Below are positions 40,391 to 52,516 of a DNA stretch of 64,000 bases, in pieces. The notes below the pieces were generated by a model. The model saw only the letters and a list, made by a program, of their open reading frames with translations. It did no database searches and was not told the origin of the DNA. Each line of letters starts with the position of its first letter. The first letter of the stretch is position 1. The position numbers and the translations under genes were made by a program. Source of the DNA: Camelus dromedarius (Eukaryota); assembly GCF_036321535.1 (NCBI RefSeq), contig NC_087436.1, positions 68,822,001-68,886,000 on the forward strand, written 5' to 3'.

Positions 40391-41892
40391 TTTATAAATA
40401 TATTTTAATGTATACAATAATATATGAGGTAAGAGACTCTTGATATAAAACTCAAGTCTTAACATAACAGTTATTTAATTAACTAAATTATTCATAAAAG
40501 GAAGGGGGAAGCAAATAAAGGTTTAGATGCACAGGGAAATTTTGAGTTTTGTTTAACACTAGTCCATAGTAATGTACAGTGCCACAAAATATGCATTAAA
40601 TGTGTATGAAATTGACTATTTTATATAATAAACCATTCCAAAGATGTTTTCTTTTTTAAATATTCTCTATAAATATAATTCTTCAAAGAATGCCTATCAT
40701 TTTAACAGTGAATTTAAATATTATACTAATAAAGTCTTCCTCCAGATCTTTTATCAGATTGTCTATGAATTTCTAATTTTATATTGGCTTCTCATATAAG
40801 TTATTTATGAATATATTATTTATATTGGCTTCTCATTCAGTATGTCCCTTAATTGTTCTGATGTTGATGGAAAATAAAACTGCTTAGCAAATAAACTACA
40901 TTAGCAAATAATTTAACAGAAGTGAAAAGTAAATTTATACCAGGATTGGAACCTCTCCCATTTTTACACACGTCTGGTCTACAGTCCTCTGCTCTATGAT
41001 CTGAGCTACTGAAGGGTGCACCTCTCCTGTTCTTAGAGATGAAAAGCAACTTCTTTCATTGAGTTCTTGCCTCTTCTCATTTCCCATCTGGCAAAAAGTC
41101 CAAGGAACTGCTTTTATTTTCTGAATACCAAAAGACATTCTTACATAGTTTAGAACAAAATCCGGCGCTAGGCAGTATTTCCAGTTCTCCTTCTATCTGA
41201 TCCAAGGATTTATTTCTTGTTCCAAAGTCAATATTAGTGTAGTTGTTTAAAGGGTTTAAAATCTTCACTATTGGGTATAAATGTAAATGTCAATTTTTTT
41301 TCAAGTTTCAGAAAGAGGTTAAATGCTCATCCAAGGGCAAAGGGGAAAGGACTTAACAGTAGTGCCACCTCTTATGTCCTGGTTCCGTGTCTAGTGCCCC
41401 TCCATCATTTATGTTAGCATTGGCCAAGACGAATTATCTTGCTTTGTCTGGTACAGTGGACCTACAGATTCTTAATGAGAATTATTTGACAAGGAAGATA
41501 AATACTGTGGAGTTAGGGAAGGGCAAGGTGCTGTGTCAGGAGAAAAATAAAGAGTATTTAGCCAGCTAGTATTTATCTGATTAAACTGCTGGATTATTCT
41601 AAAACAGGAAGTGTGTACTGGGGACAGAAAGGTGAGGCAGGAGGTAATCAGATACCCTTAGCAATGGCAGATCTTTGTGGCATTAACAGTATCTTGTTTG
41701 CTCATGGTCAGCAAAACACTTCAGGTGACGTGAAAGAAAGCCTGCTTTCTTCACATTTGAGGGAAGAGCTGTCAGATCATGGTTATTTGCATCTGAAACC
41801 TGATGACAATACACATCACAGTACATACTAAACACAATTTGCTAGAGACTACACATGACGTTTGCACTTTGGTTGCAGAGGTGATTGCTGCA

Positions 41893-42102
<210 letters not shown>

Positions 42103-43178
42103 TCAGAAACATGAGTTAATCAGAATCTGGTTGTCTAATAAATTGATATTTTGAAGTATGAAAACCTAACTATTTTTACTTACCATTAGTATTAATATGA
42201 TAATTAAATCTATTAACTCTCTGTTATCTTATTATCTCTGCTTATCTTTATTAATGTTTTTACTTGGAAAGTAGTGTGAATAAAGCTAAGTTTTCAGTTT
42301 TATCCTTGTGTAGTTTCCTCTCAATAGAGGTCACAAACTGAACCTAAGTCCAGGCATCCAATTCTTACATAAGTGGTAACCTCAAGGCTCACCTAAACGT
42401 CACCTCCTCCATGAAGCCTCTCCTAACTCTGTTAGGTAGGAATAGTCTCTTGCTTTAAATTTGAATCTCAACTTGTTCCACTCACGTTAGTTGATAGGAA
42501 GGTGTCTGGGAGGCTGTATCACTGCTGCAGTAGGTTTGAGAGGAGGAAGATATGCAAAGGGCAATCCAAACAAATGAGCACCATTTATTACAGAAAGGAT
42601 TTTGCTGCCAAGTGAACTGATTTGAGTGTGTGAATCATGAGGACTTCCCCATATATTTAACCCAAAATTTAGACAAATGACTTCTAATTTTATCTTTTAG
42701 CAATGAGCCTATTCATTTAAAAGAGGTATTATGTGGAAGCCCCTTACAAACTTTTTTTTTTTAAATAAGAGAAATGATCCTGTTTGAGGTAGTTATGGGG
42801 GTCCCACAGTCTTGTGTCTTTACTACTGCAGATCACATCCCATGTTGCCTTACAATTAGAGGAATTAGATACCTAACTATTGGATATGACTATGGCTTGA
42901 ATCAGTGAATTTGTGTCTTTCTGACTTGGTTTCTGTCATCTGCTTGCAGTCTTTTTCTCTAATCAGAGCTCTAGTTTGCAGCTGGTGATTATTTTTTACA
43001 TATGTTTCTGGACAAAACAGTGATAAACAAGGACTATTATGGTTCTTCCATTCCCTCTATTTTATACTCTCTTCTCCACAATTTAATTTCATAGAGTCAC
43101 TTGAAGTGTCATTGGTCTGTGTTCAGGAAGGCCATCTCTGTTAACAGATTCACTTTGCAAATTTAAGTCTATTCTTAC

Positions 43179-43321
43179 CTCACAGGCATCTAGTTTTCCT
43201 CTCAAGAATCCAGCACATATCATGCCTGATGACACAGCACCACCATATACACTAACGCGGTTACATACATCATTACTTATGATCTCTACTTCAGCTTCTC
43301 TCAGAGTGTTGGGAAAGGGAC
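43179..43321 (-). CDS. TMPRSS11G: TMPRSS11G-like exon 9 (GPFPNTLREAEVEIISNDVCNRVSVYGGAVSSGMICAGFLRGKLDACE)
   Basis: Acceptor tttcttctctag|GTC, donor GAG|gtaaga, 143 nt, phase 1 to 0. Contains the S1-pocket Asp (DAC). Confidence 0.93.
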
Positions 43322-43771
43322 CTAGAGAAGAAAAAAATAAATAGGTGAACAATTTCCACATTGTTGCTTATGATAATTAATTGTTGTTTCTTGAGAAGGA
43401 TGGACCAGTGATAAAACATGTATTTGAGGTTATACGGCTGTAGGCTTGCTTACAGTCTTCAGATGTAAGTTTTATTTATTTATGTAAGTTATTATTCATT
43501 TAGGATGTCTTCCATGTGCTATGTACCATGCTTGGCACATTTACTCACTGTCTTATTTAATCCTAGCAACAGCCACCAAAGATAGATATGAGTATTCTCT
43601 TTTTCAAATGAGGAAAACAAAGCTCACCTGGTTATGAGTCTTAGCCATAGTCACATAGCTAAATGGGAGAAAATGTTAGATTTAAAGCCGGGGCATTTGG
43701 CACCACCTGGGGTAATCTGTGACAGTTTACCTTATCTGGAAATCTGCCTCACCACAAAGGACACAGCTATA

Positions 43772-44001
43772 TAGGCATAGCTCAGAGATACTGCAGGTTT
43801 GGTTCCAGACAATCACAATAAAGCGAATATCGCAACAAAGTAAGTCACACAAACTTTTTGGTTTCCCAGCACATATAGAAAGTTATGTTCATACTACACT
43901 GTAGTCTGTTAAGTATACAATAGCATCATGTCTAAAAAAACAATATATGTACCTTAATTAAAAAGTACTTTATTACTAAAAAATGCTAACTACCATCTGA
44001 T
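43772..44001 (+). mobile_element. Tigger1-family left arm (Tigger1a-like, right end missing)
   Basis: AGGCATAGCTCAGAGATACTGCAGGTTTGGTTCCAGACAATCACAATAAAGCGAATATCGCAACAAAG..GGTTTCCCAGCACATA..AAAATGCTAACTACCATCTGA. Confidence 0.85.
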
Positions 44002-44741
44002 AAAGACTCAGGTAAAAGGTATACCCTGAGCAAGTACATAAATAAGACTAAAGTGTCATAATAAGCATCTAGAACAAGAATCAGAAATTCAAGAGTAAAT
44101 TAAATTGTATATAATAAGTCCAACCAAGAAACATAAGAACTGGAAACTTACATTAGGATCTAAAGGTCTGTCTTTGCAGTTCATTGTGTATTAGTAAGTG
44201 TCATAAAATGCCATACTTGTCAACTTTATAAATTCTCAGGCTCAAAAACTGTTCCATAGATACATGCATCAGAAGGGCCCCATTAATATTTGGCATCAGG
44301 AGCGCCATTCAGATTGCTTGTTTAAGGCTGTTTCTGTTTAGCTATATGACACATTACAGAAGCTTATCATTATTACTGCTCGTAAATCAGATACTTTAAG
44401 TATCATGCAGCCACAGCAGAATTTCTACATATTCAGCAACAGAAAGAAAAAATCATGTGAAAAAATGCTTCAATTATTTTTGGAAAGAAAGTTATGACTA
44501 TGTAGTTTCCAAAATACCCCATAAAGAAGACAATTAACATAGGTACTATGTAATAGTAATAGCAGCCTTCATAGTTCACCATATCTGGATTTCTTTCTTG
44601 TTTTTGCCATGTACGTCATGGGACATCTTTACTTCATCTCTTATTTTCTATATTTTGATTTTGTATCCTATTTTACGTCTCCATTCCAGTGGGGGATAGG
44701 CTTTCTTTTTTTTGCTTGGGAGTTTCTGCTGAGATACTCAC

Positions 44742-45001
44742 CATTTGCTTTCAGTGCTCCCCATCCAGTAACAAACACTTTACTCCCAGGCAAGGCTTCA
44801 AAAGTAGCATCTGGGAGACAGACTCTGTGCACGTCGTCGGAAAATGTGACGGGGATGGAGAGCTTCACCACAGCGATGTCATCGTCATGCTTATGGGCAG
44901 CATAGTTTTCGTGAATGATAATTGACTGCACCTCTCTTCTCATTAGTGGAGGGCTTAGAGTTGTTCCAAAACTAGCCATCCAGAGTTTGGGGTTTTTGTA
45001 A
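44742..45001 (-). CDS. TMPRSS11G: TMPRSS11G-like exon 8 (YKNPKLWMASFGTTLSPPLMRREVQSIIIHENYAAHKHDDDIAVVKLS..VCLPDATF..VTGWGALKAN), catalytic Asp
   Basis: Acceptor tctgtaatcag|TTA, donor AATG|gtgagt, 260 nt, phase 2 to 1. DIA Asp codon at 44878-44880. HKHDDDIAVVKLS and WGALKANGPFPN match rodent DESC4. Confidence 0.95.
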
Positions 45002-45404
45002 CTGATTACAGATTAAAAGATTATGGTTGGATTAGATCATTTCTGATCTAAAGTTGCCCAGGACTCTGGATGAGCATGGGACATAAGGGTGGGAGAAGGG
45101 CAAATTGTTTAAGGTGGTTGTTGATTGGGATCCTTCCACCTTCTATTTGATGCCTCTCCCTTAGGACTGCTTTGCTTTCATTTAGCTGATAACATATTCC
45201 CCCATACTAAGATAGCTTAAACTACTCTCCTTCCTTGATGAGAAGTTGGTATTTTTTTAAGGAAACAATGTATTATTGCCATTTTTGGTTGTAAAAGTAA
45301 TTCCGATTAGTTGAGAAAAATATAAATAAAAAAAAACTAGACATGTGTAAACCCACCTGTGCACTCATAGCCATGCACAGTTATATAAATGTATGTATAT
45401 CTAT

Positions 45405-45470
45405 GGAGAGAGAAAGAAGGGAGGAAAGAAGGAAGGGAGGGAAGAAAAGAGAAAGGGAGAGAGAGAGCGA
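45405..45470. repeat. GA-rich low-complexity tract
   Basis: GGAGAGAGAAAGAAGGGAGGAAAGAAGGAAGGGAGGGAAGAAAAGAGAAAGGGAGAGAGAGAG. Confidence 0.8.
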
Positions 45471-46034
45471 ATTGGAGCCAAACTTTATATATTGTTTTTG
45501 CATCCTTTCTTTTTTAGATAAAATTTTATCCAGAATATTTCCCCATCTCATATGAATTTCTCTAGGGCTACTGTATCTCTTTATTATCTCCAAGTGTCTC
45601 ATATGTTAAATCTTCAGAAGGCATACAAATAATAAAAGCACAGCACCAAAGATAATTCAAGTGGGATAATCAGATATTAGTTTGTAAGTTGGGATACTAT
45701 TAACTGAGTTTTTTTTTTTAATCCACAAGATATCTCAGGAAAACTGGTAAATGCCTTTAACTTTTGGCAATGTTGACTTGTTTTTAAAGTTGAGGTTGCT
45801 GGAGATTATATGTGCAGTTGGAACTGAAGGTACTCTTTAAGTTTTTTCCTTTTTTTTTTTTTTTTTTTTTTACTATTCTTCAGTAATTGTTGCTTCTTAT
45901 AAGTCTGCTGGACAATTATGAATACCATTTTAGGGCCTAAGATGATCAATGAAAGAGGGATAAGAATTATAGGAAGTGAAGGTGAGAAAAAGAGGTGAAA
46001 CTGGTGATCTGGTTGGTACAGAATGAGGTCTTAC

Positions 46035-46206
46035 ATGTCAAAGCAATGAGCAGCAGTCAGGAGCCACTCCTCACTGATCAAAGATGCTCCACAGAAATGG
46101 ACACCATCCACCTGAAGGCTAGCTTGCCATGGCCAATCAGCTCTCTTTGCAACATTACCATTAGCAATTCTTTCCATGGATGGGAACTCCCTCCCTAAAC
46201 CGCAAC
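46035..46206 (-). CDS. TMPRSS11G: TMPRSS11G-like exon 7 ([58 protein letters not shown]), activation site and catalytic His
   Basis: Acceptor ttcccttcgacag|GTT, donor CAT|gtaaga, 172 nt, phase 1 to 2. WPWQASL, CGASLI and TAAHC motifs; His codon at 46046-46048. Missed by the ORF track. Confidence 0.95.
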
Positions 46207-46887
46207 CTGTCGAAGGGAATTAGATGGTTATTTCCGGAGTTATAATTGTGTGTGGGTACTTTTGGCACATAGTTAAAGATGGTAACCTTAAAATAATTAA
46301 TCAAAATTATATGACAGAAATGATTATTCACATTGAAAAAGGGATTATCTTAAAAAAATTTAAACACCTTCCTTGATATACGTACCGCAATTTAACTTAA
46401 AATTTGTTTCATACTTTTCTGGGTCCGGTTCTTGTAGGTAGTTTACTGTAGTGATACCTGACAATTTTTAGTGTGAAATGTACACTACTTACAGTAGAAA
46501 AATGCCATTTGTACTCTTTTAAAATACTTGTCTAGTATTACAGTCATTACACCACTACAGCATAAATGTCAAAGTTCACATATTAAAGTTAGAGAGTGTC
46601 ATTAAATTCTAAGCAGTATTTTCTGCTTTAACAAAATGAACCAAATAAAAATAAGTAAATAAGATAAAAGGGAATTCATAAAAAAAAAAGTCAGCGAAAC
46701 TTTTATGAGGAGAGCAGCAAGTACATTCACATAGACATTCCCAATTATTAGCAACAGTTTTTTCCCCATGATAGAGTTAAATTATGTATCCATTCAGAAA
46801 CATTATATACTTTTGGGGAATAGTAAACATGGAAATATTTTTAAAGTATTTGAATTTTATGCATCTTGATAATATTCTTGAACTTAC

Positions 46888-46926
46888 AGCTGTTCAGGAT
46901 ATGCTCTGCATGTACTTTATTTATAT
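46888..46926 (-). CDS. TMPRSS11G: TMPRSS11G-like exon 6 (39-nt linker exon; DINKVHAEHILNS)
   Basis: Acceptor (t)10ccag|ATA, donor GCT|gtaagt, phase 1 to 1. AEHILNS matches the recalled rodent Tmprss11g linker. Confidence 0.9.
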
Positions 46927-47060
46927 CTGGAAAAAAAAAAGATGATTGCTCAGCAATGGAACAAGTATAATTTAAAATAATCCACCTATATAACATGAAT
47001 ATTTCTGGTTGGGAGGAACTGAATTAATCAAGAAATTCTTAATTTAAATAAAATCCTACA

Positions 47061-47206
47061 GGAGGGAGCATATAGGTCAGTGGTAGAGTGTATGCTTGGC
47101 GTGCACAAGGTCCTGGGTTCCATGCCCAGTACCTCCATTAAAATCAATCAATCAATCAATCAATCAATCAACCTAATTACTTCCTCCCTCTGAAAAAATT
47201 ATAAAA

Positions 47207-47245
<39 letters not shown>

Positions 47246-47247
47246 AA
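47061..47247 (+). mobile_element. tRNA-derived SINE, camelid vic-1-like, with (AATC)n and (TAAA)n tails
   Basis: GGAGGGAGCATATAGGTCAGTGGTAGAG (A box)..GTCCTGGGTTCCATGCCCAGTACCTCCA (B box)..CCTAATTAC. Exact TSD AAAATCCTACA at 47050-47060 and 47248-47258. Confidence 0.85.
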
Positions 47248-47444
47248 AAAATCCTACAAAAAGGAGAGGCCTAAATATAAATTAAACTCTTCTTCTGACA
47301 ATATATGGACCCTGGGAAAATCTTGGTTCATAATTGTAAAATCATTGCCATGGGGAAGGATATTGCTTGCCAGGAAGGATGACTGTATCTAATTCATTAA
47401 TGCCATACCAATTTATTAAAATATGAGTTAAATAGTAGAGAGTC

Positions 47445-48300
47445 TAGGTAGGAATGCTATCAGTAAGGCTAACATGAAAAACAGTGATAACATCAAATGT
47501 TGGCAAAGATACAGAGAAACTGGTTCACTCATATATTGCTGATGGGAATGCAAAGTTGCATAGCCATTCTGGAAAGTAGCTTGTTTGTTCCTTTCAAAAC
47601 CAAAAATGATTATCAACCCAGCAGTTATACTCTACAACATTTATCCTAGAGAAATGGAGACATTTTCATGAAGGACCTTGTACATGAATGCTTATAGCAG
47701 CTTCACTGGGCTTCATTTCAATCTCAAAACTTGAAACTCCCCAAATGCTCTTCAGTGGATAGGTGGTTAAACTGTAGAATGCTATGGAACACTACTTGGC
47801 AGTAACAAAGAAAAAATTATTGATACATACAACATGGATGAACCTCAAAAAATTACGCTAAGCTAAAAAGGTCAATCTCAAAAAGATACAAAATACATAA
47901 TTCTATTTATGTGAAATTCATAAAATAATATAATTACGGAAAATGGATTGGTGGTTGGCAGAAGCTAAGTATGGGTAGAGGAGATGGGTATGACTTTAAA
48001 GAGGTAACATCAGGGAGTTTTGATATTGTACAGTTGTATATACTGATTGTAGTGGTCACACAAGGCTACATGTGTGATAAAATTGCATAGAGCTGTACAC
48101 ACAAAGACACATACAAATGAACTCATATGTAACTGTGAAGTCTTAATAAGCTCTGTGGATTATAGCTATCTCAGTTTCTTAGTTTTGATATTGTACTGTA
48201 TTATGGAAGGCTGGGGAAGGGTACAAGTGCATGAGATTTCTCTAAATTTCTTTTTAACCTCCTATGAGTCTATAATTATTTGAAAATAATATTTTAAAAA
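47445..48300 (+). mobile_element. L1MC/MD-like LINE-1 3' end
   Basis: TGATAACATCAAATGTTGGCAAAGAT..TTGCTGATGGGAATGCAAA..CATTTATCCTAGAGAAATG..ACAACATGGATGAACCTCAAAA..GTGATAAAATTGCATAGA..TCTATAATTATTTGAAAATAA. Confidence 0.8.
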
Positions 48301-48983
48301 TCAAGCATACTGGTAGAAAGTTTGAGTTATCTTTTTATTCTATAGAAAATGTTAAAAAAAAGATTGATATTTTAAGAGGTGATCAGAGTATACAGCCAAA
48401 AAGAAAATGTAAGGGGAAAATAGTAAGATATTATAGAGATATATGAGGTAATTAATGAATTAAAAAGTCTTCTTTTTTCTGGATTGTATGATATTTAGAG
48501 TATTAGTCAGCTTTTTAAAATTTGTGATTTGTTGTGATTTCTTTCCTGTTCTCACTTTCCTGCCTAAAATAAAATTTAGTTGAATAGTGTGTGGGATATT
48601 TGATATGGCTAAAGAAGATAGCACACTATTTGATTGAAAACAAACCACAAAATGGGTTAAGTGAAATAGGAAAAACAACATTTCTGGTTAACTTATTCTT
48701 ACGCTAAATAAAAACTGCTATAAAGTATACTACTAAATTTAAAAGGTAAAAGAGCCACTGGCTGAAAACTTTGAGACTAGAAAAATTATTTTAAAATATT
48801 CAAAAGCTTTAGGTTATGCTTGTGTGAATAAAAGTAATATCACATTTATTTGACTTTGATCCCAGATAATTCACATAGAGTTAGAGGCAAAGTTAATACA
48901 TTTTAAATACATTGTGGAAAAAAACAAGCATAATTGACTCAAATTATTTTTTAAAAAAGACTACCACCTATATCCTCCCTAGA

Positions 48984-49422
48984 GTGTGAAGGGTAACAGA
49001 TTATGCCACTCCAAAAGAATGCCTCTTTGGCACAAGAATTATTTTGAGCTGAAAGTAATTGAGAAGAAGCAGATACAAGAAAAGCCTTCTGTGAGTTCCC
49101 TATTTGCCTAAAAACAGGACATAAAATTACCAAGGTGTCCCTCCTTTCCTCTCTACAAGAAAGGAAAAAGGTTAGTCCCTGGGGAAAACTTTAGACCCTG
49201 TCAGCCTGGAGAGGGCACCAGAGGAATCTGCATAACACACTTTACTAACTAGCCTTTTTCTCTGCTCCTAGAAGACAAAAACTGCTTTCTTTTGTTCTGC
49301 CATTTCTCCACAAATTTCCTGTTCTTTGGTGAAGATGCTAACACTGAATTCTAAGCCACCTCTCTGAGTTACTCATTTTCCCCTAGTTACCTCCCATGTA
49401 TACGTCTTAGTAAACTTCTGTT
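48984..49422 (+). mobile_element. MER34-like ERV1 LTR, 3' part interrupted or lost
   Basis: TGAAGGGTAACAGATTATGCCACTCCAAAAGAATGCCTCTTTGGCACAAGAATTATTTTGAGCTGA..TCTAAGCCACCTCTCTGAGTTACTCATT..AGTAAACTTCTGTTT. Confidence 0.65.
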
Positions 49423-49423
49423 T

Positions 49424-50490
49424 CAGAGATCGTGTCAAGATGGTGGAGTGGAAGGACCTTGATCTCACCTCCTCTCACAAACACAAAAAACCCACAACTG
49501 ACTGCTGAACAAACATCAGTTAGAAAGACTGGAACCCACTCAAAAAGATCTTCTACAATTGGAGGCATAAAGAGGGAACCACAGCGGGACAGTAGGAGGG
49601 GCACACTTGATATATTTGGGTTCTCTACTGCCTGGATGGGCGACCCACAAGCTGGAGAATAATTATATTGCAGAGGTTCTCCCATGGGAGTGGGAGTTCT
49701 GAGCCCCACATCAGGCACCCCAGCCTGGGGACCTGACATTAGGATGAGGAACCCCTAGAGCACTTGGCTTTGAAGGCCAGTAGGGCTTAATTGTAGGAGC
49801 TCCACAAGACTGGGGGAAACAGAGACTTCACTTGTAAAGAGTGCACATAAAATCTCATGTGGACCAGGGCCAAGGACCAAAGTAATGATTTCGTAGGAGC
49901 CTTGGACAGACCTGCCTGCTGGTCTTACAGGGTATCCTGCGGAGGTGAGGGGTGTCTGTGGCTCACCCTCGGGGCATAAAAGCTGGTGTCAAACGTATCA
50001 GGGAGTATTCATCTGCATAAGCTCTCCTGGAAGCTGACATCTTGCTTGGGCTATTAGCCCCAAGACCTGGCACCACCCAACAGACTGTAGGAGGTTTATC
50101 AATTTTGTTTATTGTTTCGAAGTACCAGCTGTTAGTTTCATTAATCTTTTCCATAATTTTTTTTAGTCTCTATTTTATTTATGTCTGCTCTGATCTTTAT
50201 GATGTCCTTCTACTAACTTTGGGTTTTGTTTGTTTTTCTTTCTTTGGTTGCTTAGTTGTAAGGTTAGGTTGTTTATTTGAGAACAAACAAAACTGATAAA
50301 CTTTTAACCAGATTCATCAAGAAAAAAAGAGAGAGAGCCCAAATCAATAAAATCAGAAACAAAAAAGGAGAAGTTACAACTGATACCACAGAAATGCAAA
50401 GGGCCATAAGAGACTATTACAAGCAACTAATGCCAATAAAATGGACAAGCTAGAAGAAGTGAACAATTCTTAGAAAGGTACAATCTCCCA
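49424..50490 (+). mobile_element. Rearranged L1: sense 5' UTR, inverted ORF2 piece (~50092-50283), sense ORF2 piece (~50284-50490)
   Basis: CAAGATGGTGGAGTGGAAGGACCTTGATCTCACCTCCTCTCAC is an L1 5' start. The minus segment encodes MEKINETNSWYFETINKIDKP; the plus segment encodes [38 protein letters not shown]. Confidence 0.8.
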
Positions 50491-52516
50491 GTTCTTCAGC
50501 TTCCCCGTATCAGCATTTTTAAAGATACCTGAGAAAGTCCATAAAATAATACATTATATTAATTTGTTTGTACTTGTACTTTTCAAAACTTTTTAAACAT
50601 TTTCCTAAAGAATACGTTCCACTGTTGTGACTATTTTCATTTTGCAAAACAAGAACTGCTCTAACTGCATTTACTGCTGGGTCACAGGTCTTCTGTGTTC
50701 TAAGTCTTGGTTTCTGCAGTCTCTCCTGAAGTGCATTCTGTGCATTTTTTCTTTATACACTGTGTATTTTAATGATTTCTCTTACCCTATGAAACTCAAC
50801 TTTTGGTTTTTAAATTTTATATGTAATAACCTCTCCCCCTCCTTTTTTTTTTTTAAGCGTAGTTTTAAAACCCTATGTAAAAAAAAAAGGAATAATTCTG
50901 GATTCCTCAGTGTTCTGTGGTATTTATTAATTTTAGAAGACTGCTTTTGTTTCATGCCCACTTTCAAGAGACTGAGTTCATTTAGAGTTAAAAATACTAC
51001 ACTTTATAAATACCAAGTTCCTGCTTCGTGCTAAGTTCTTTGCTAATCTTGGGAATATGATTGTAATTACAGAGATACATTTCCTATTTTCAAGGAATTA
51101 CAATTTTTTGCAGAGAGAAGTAAAATTTTAAAAATACACAAATTAATTTCCAAGTACCCTTGGGAAGCACAGAAGTCTCAGGATAAATTATGAATCTGAG
51201 GAGACCATTCCCTGGGGATAAGGAATGTCTTAATAGTAACTTACTTAGACAGGCAAGTGAAGACCCAGTGATGGATGGATCACCAGCAGGTGCCTTCATG
51301 GACCAACCTGATCAAGTAACACTGAACGACCTAAGTCCCCTAACGTCACAGAGTGGGGGTGGGGGGTGAGGCATAGATCCAAAAATGATGGAGTCTTAAG
51401 TTTCTAATCTTTGGCTTAATGGGAGCTGAAAATCAAAATTAGATTTTTTAAAAACAAAAATTTCATACATACTTACATCTCTTCAACAAAATGTTTCCTT
51501 CAGGAATTCTTGTCTTTAGTATCTAAAGCCCGGTGTGTTGGATTCAGAGTCTACTCTGTTCTATCTGCATGACTAGCAAAACTGAATGTTAAACATTACT
51601 TACAGAGACTTCTTATCTTCAGGCTATTTCTTCTTCTTTCTGACTTTGCCCAAAACCATGATACAGTTTTCTCATCTTTAAACATAATATAACTGCTCTA
51701 GCCCTCTGGAACAATTTGGGAGAAAGAGTACCTAGGGAAGACTTATAACTTGTAATTATCTGTCAGCTTTTAAATCTCATTTCACAACTTACACTGTTCT
51801 GGTAAAATATGACAATTTCAAAGTTAATCTAGAAGGTTAACAATAGTCTAAGAATTATAATTAGTTTTGTTTAATCTTAGACCCCAGACATCTATCACCC
51901 AGGTAAGTGTCTGTGTTACAAATGAGATGGTGTTTTTATGTTTGAGACAGGTACTTTCAGAGTCTGGCATCTTTGTCTTCCTTATCCCCTCCACGCCCTT
52001 GGGCAATCCTATCCTTTGTGTTTAGGAAGGGTTGTGGGAGTGTAAGAAAAAATACTTCCTTTCACTGGAGCCAAATCATGTTCGTGCCTCACATATTGTA
52101 ATTTCTTTGCCCACACCACTCTTACACTCTGAATTCAGATTGGAGAGAGTATTGCAACAGAAATATGGGTTACTATATATGGGTTACTATGGGTTACTGT
52201 ATCAGTGGCAAAATGTAGGTTTTTATCACATGAATACTTAATTAATTAAAACAATTTGACCAAGACTTCTTCTTTAAAAAAGTAAGAAATACTACTGTTT
52301 GAGTTATCATATAATTCTTATTTTATGATTGTTTCCGTATTAACCAAAGAAAGATAATCTTTGGTGTTGATTCTGTGGGGATTTATTTATTACCAAGTAA
52401 GAGACAAAAATGAAAAGTGGTTTCATTTTATGGTGAAATAAAGAAGATTTCTCCGTAGATAAGAAGATTGTTAAAATGATAAACTGTATCAAGGGAAGAA
52501 AAATGGTATTTCTTGC

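Noticed and set aside
47061..47136. tRNA gene (also 55790-55863)
   Set aside because: A and B boxes are present, but there is no intact cloverleaf or acceptor stem; the simple-repeat tail and TSD indicate a SINE.
49407..49739. 110-aa minus-strand ORF
   Set aside because: Antisense reading of a GC-rich L1 5' UTR.
50627..51034. Longest ORF in the track (135 aa, plus strand)
   Set aside because: F/L/C/K-rich translation of T- and A-rich intronic DNA with homopolymers and a non-ATG start; no homology recognised.
51471..51560. Strong minus-strand donor GAT|gtaagt in 11G intron 5 as exon 6 (similar orphan donor near 28680)
   Set aside because: No homologous peptide or convincing acceptor; the true exon 6 is at 46888-46926.
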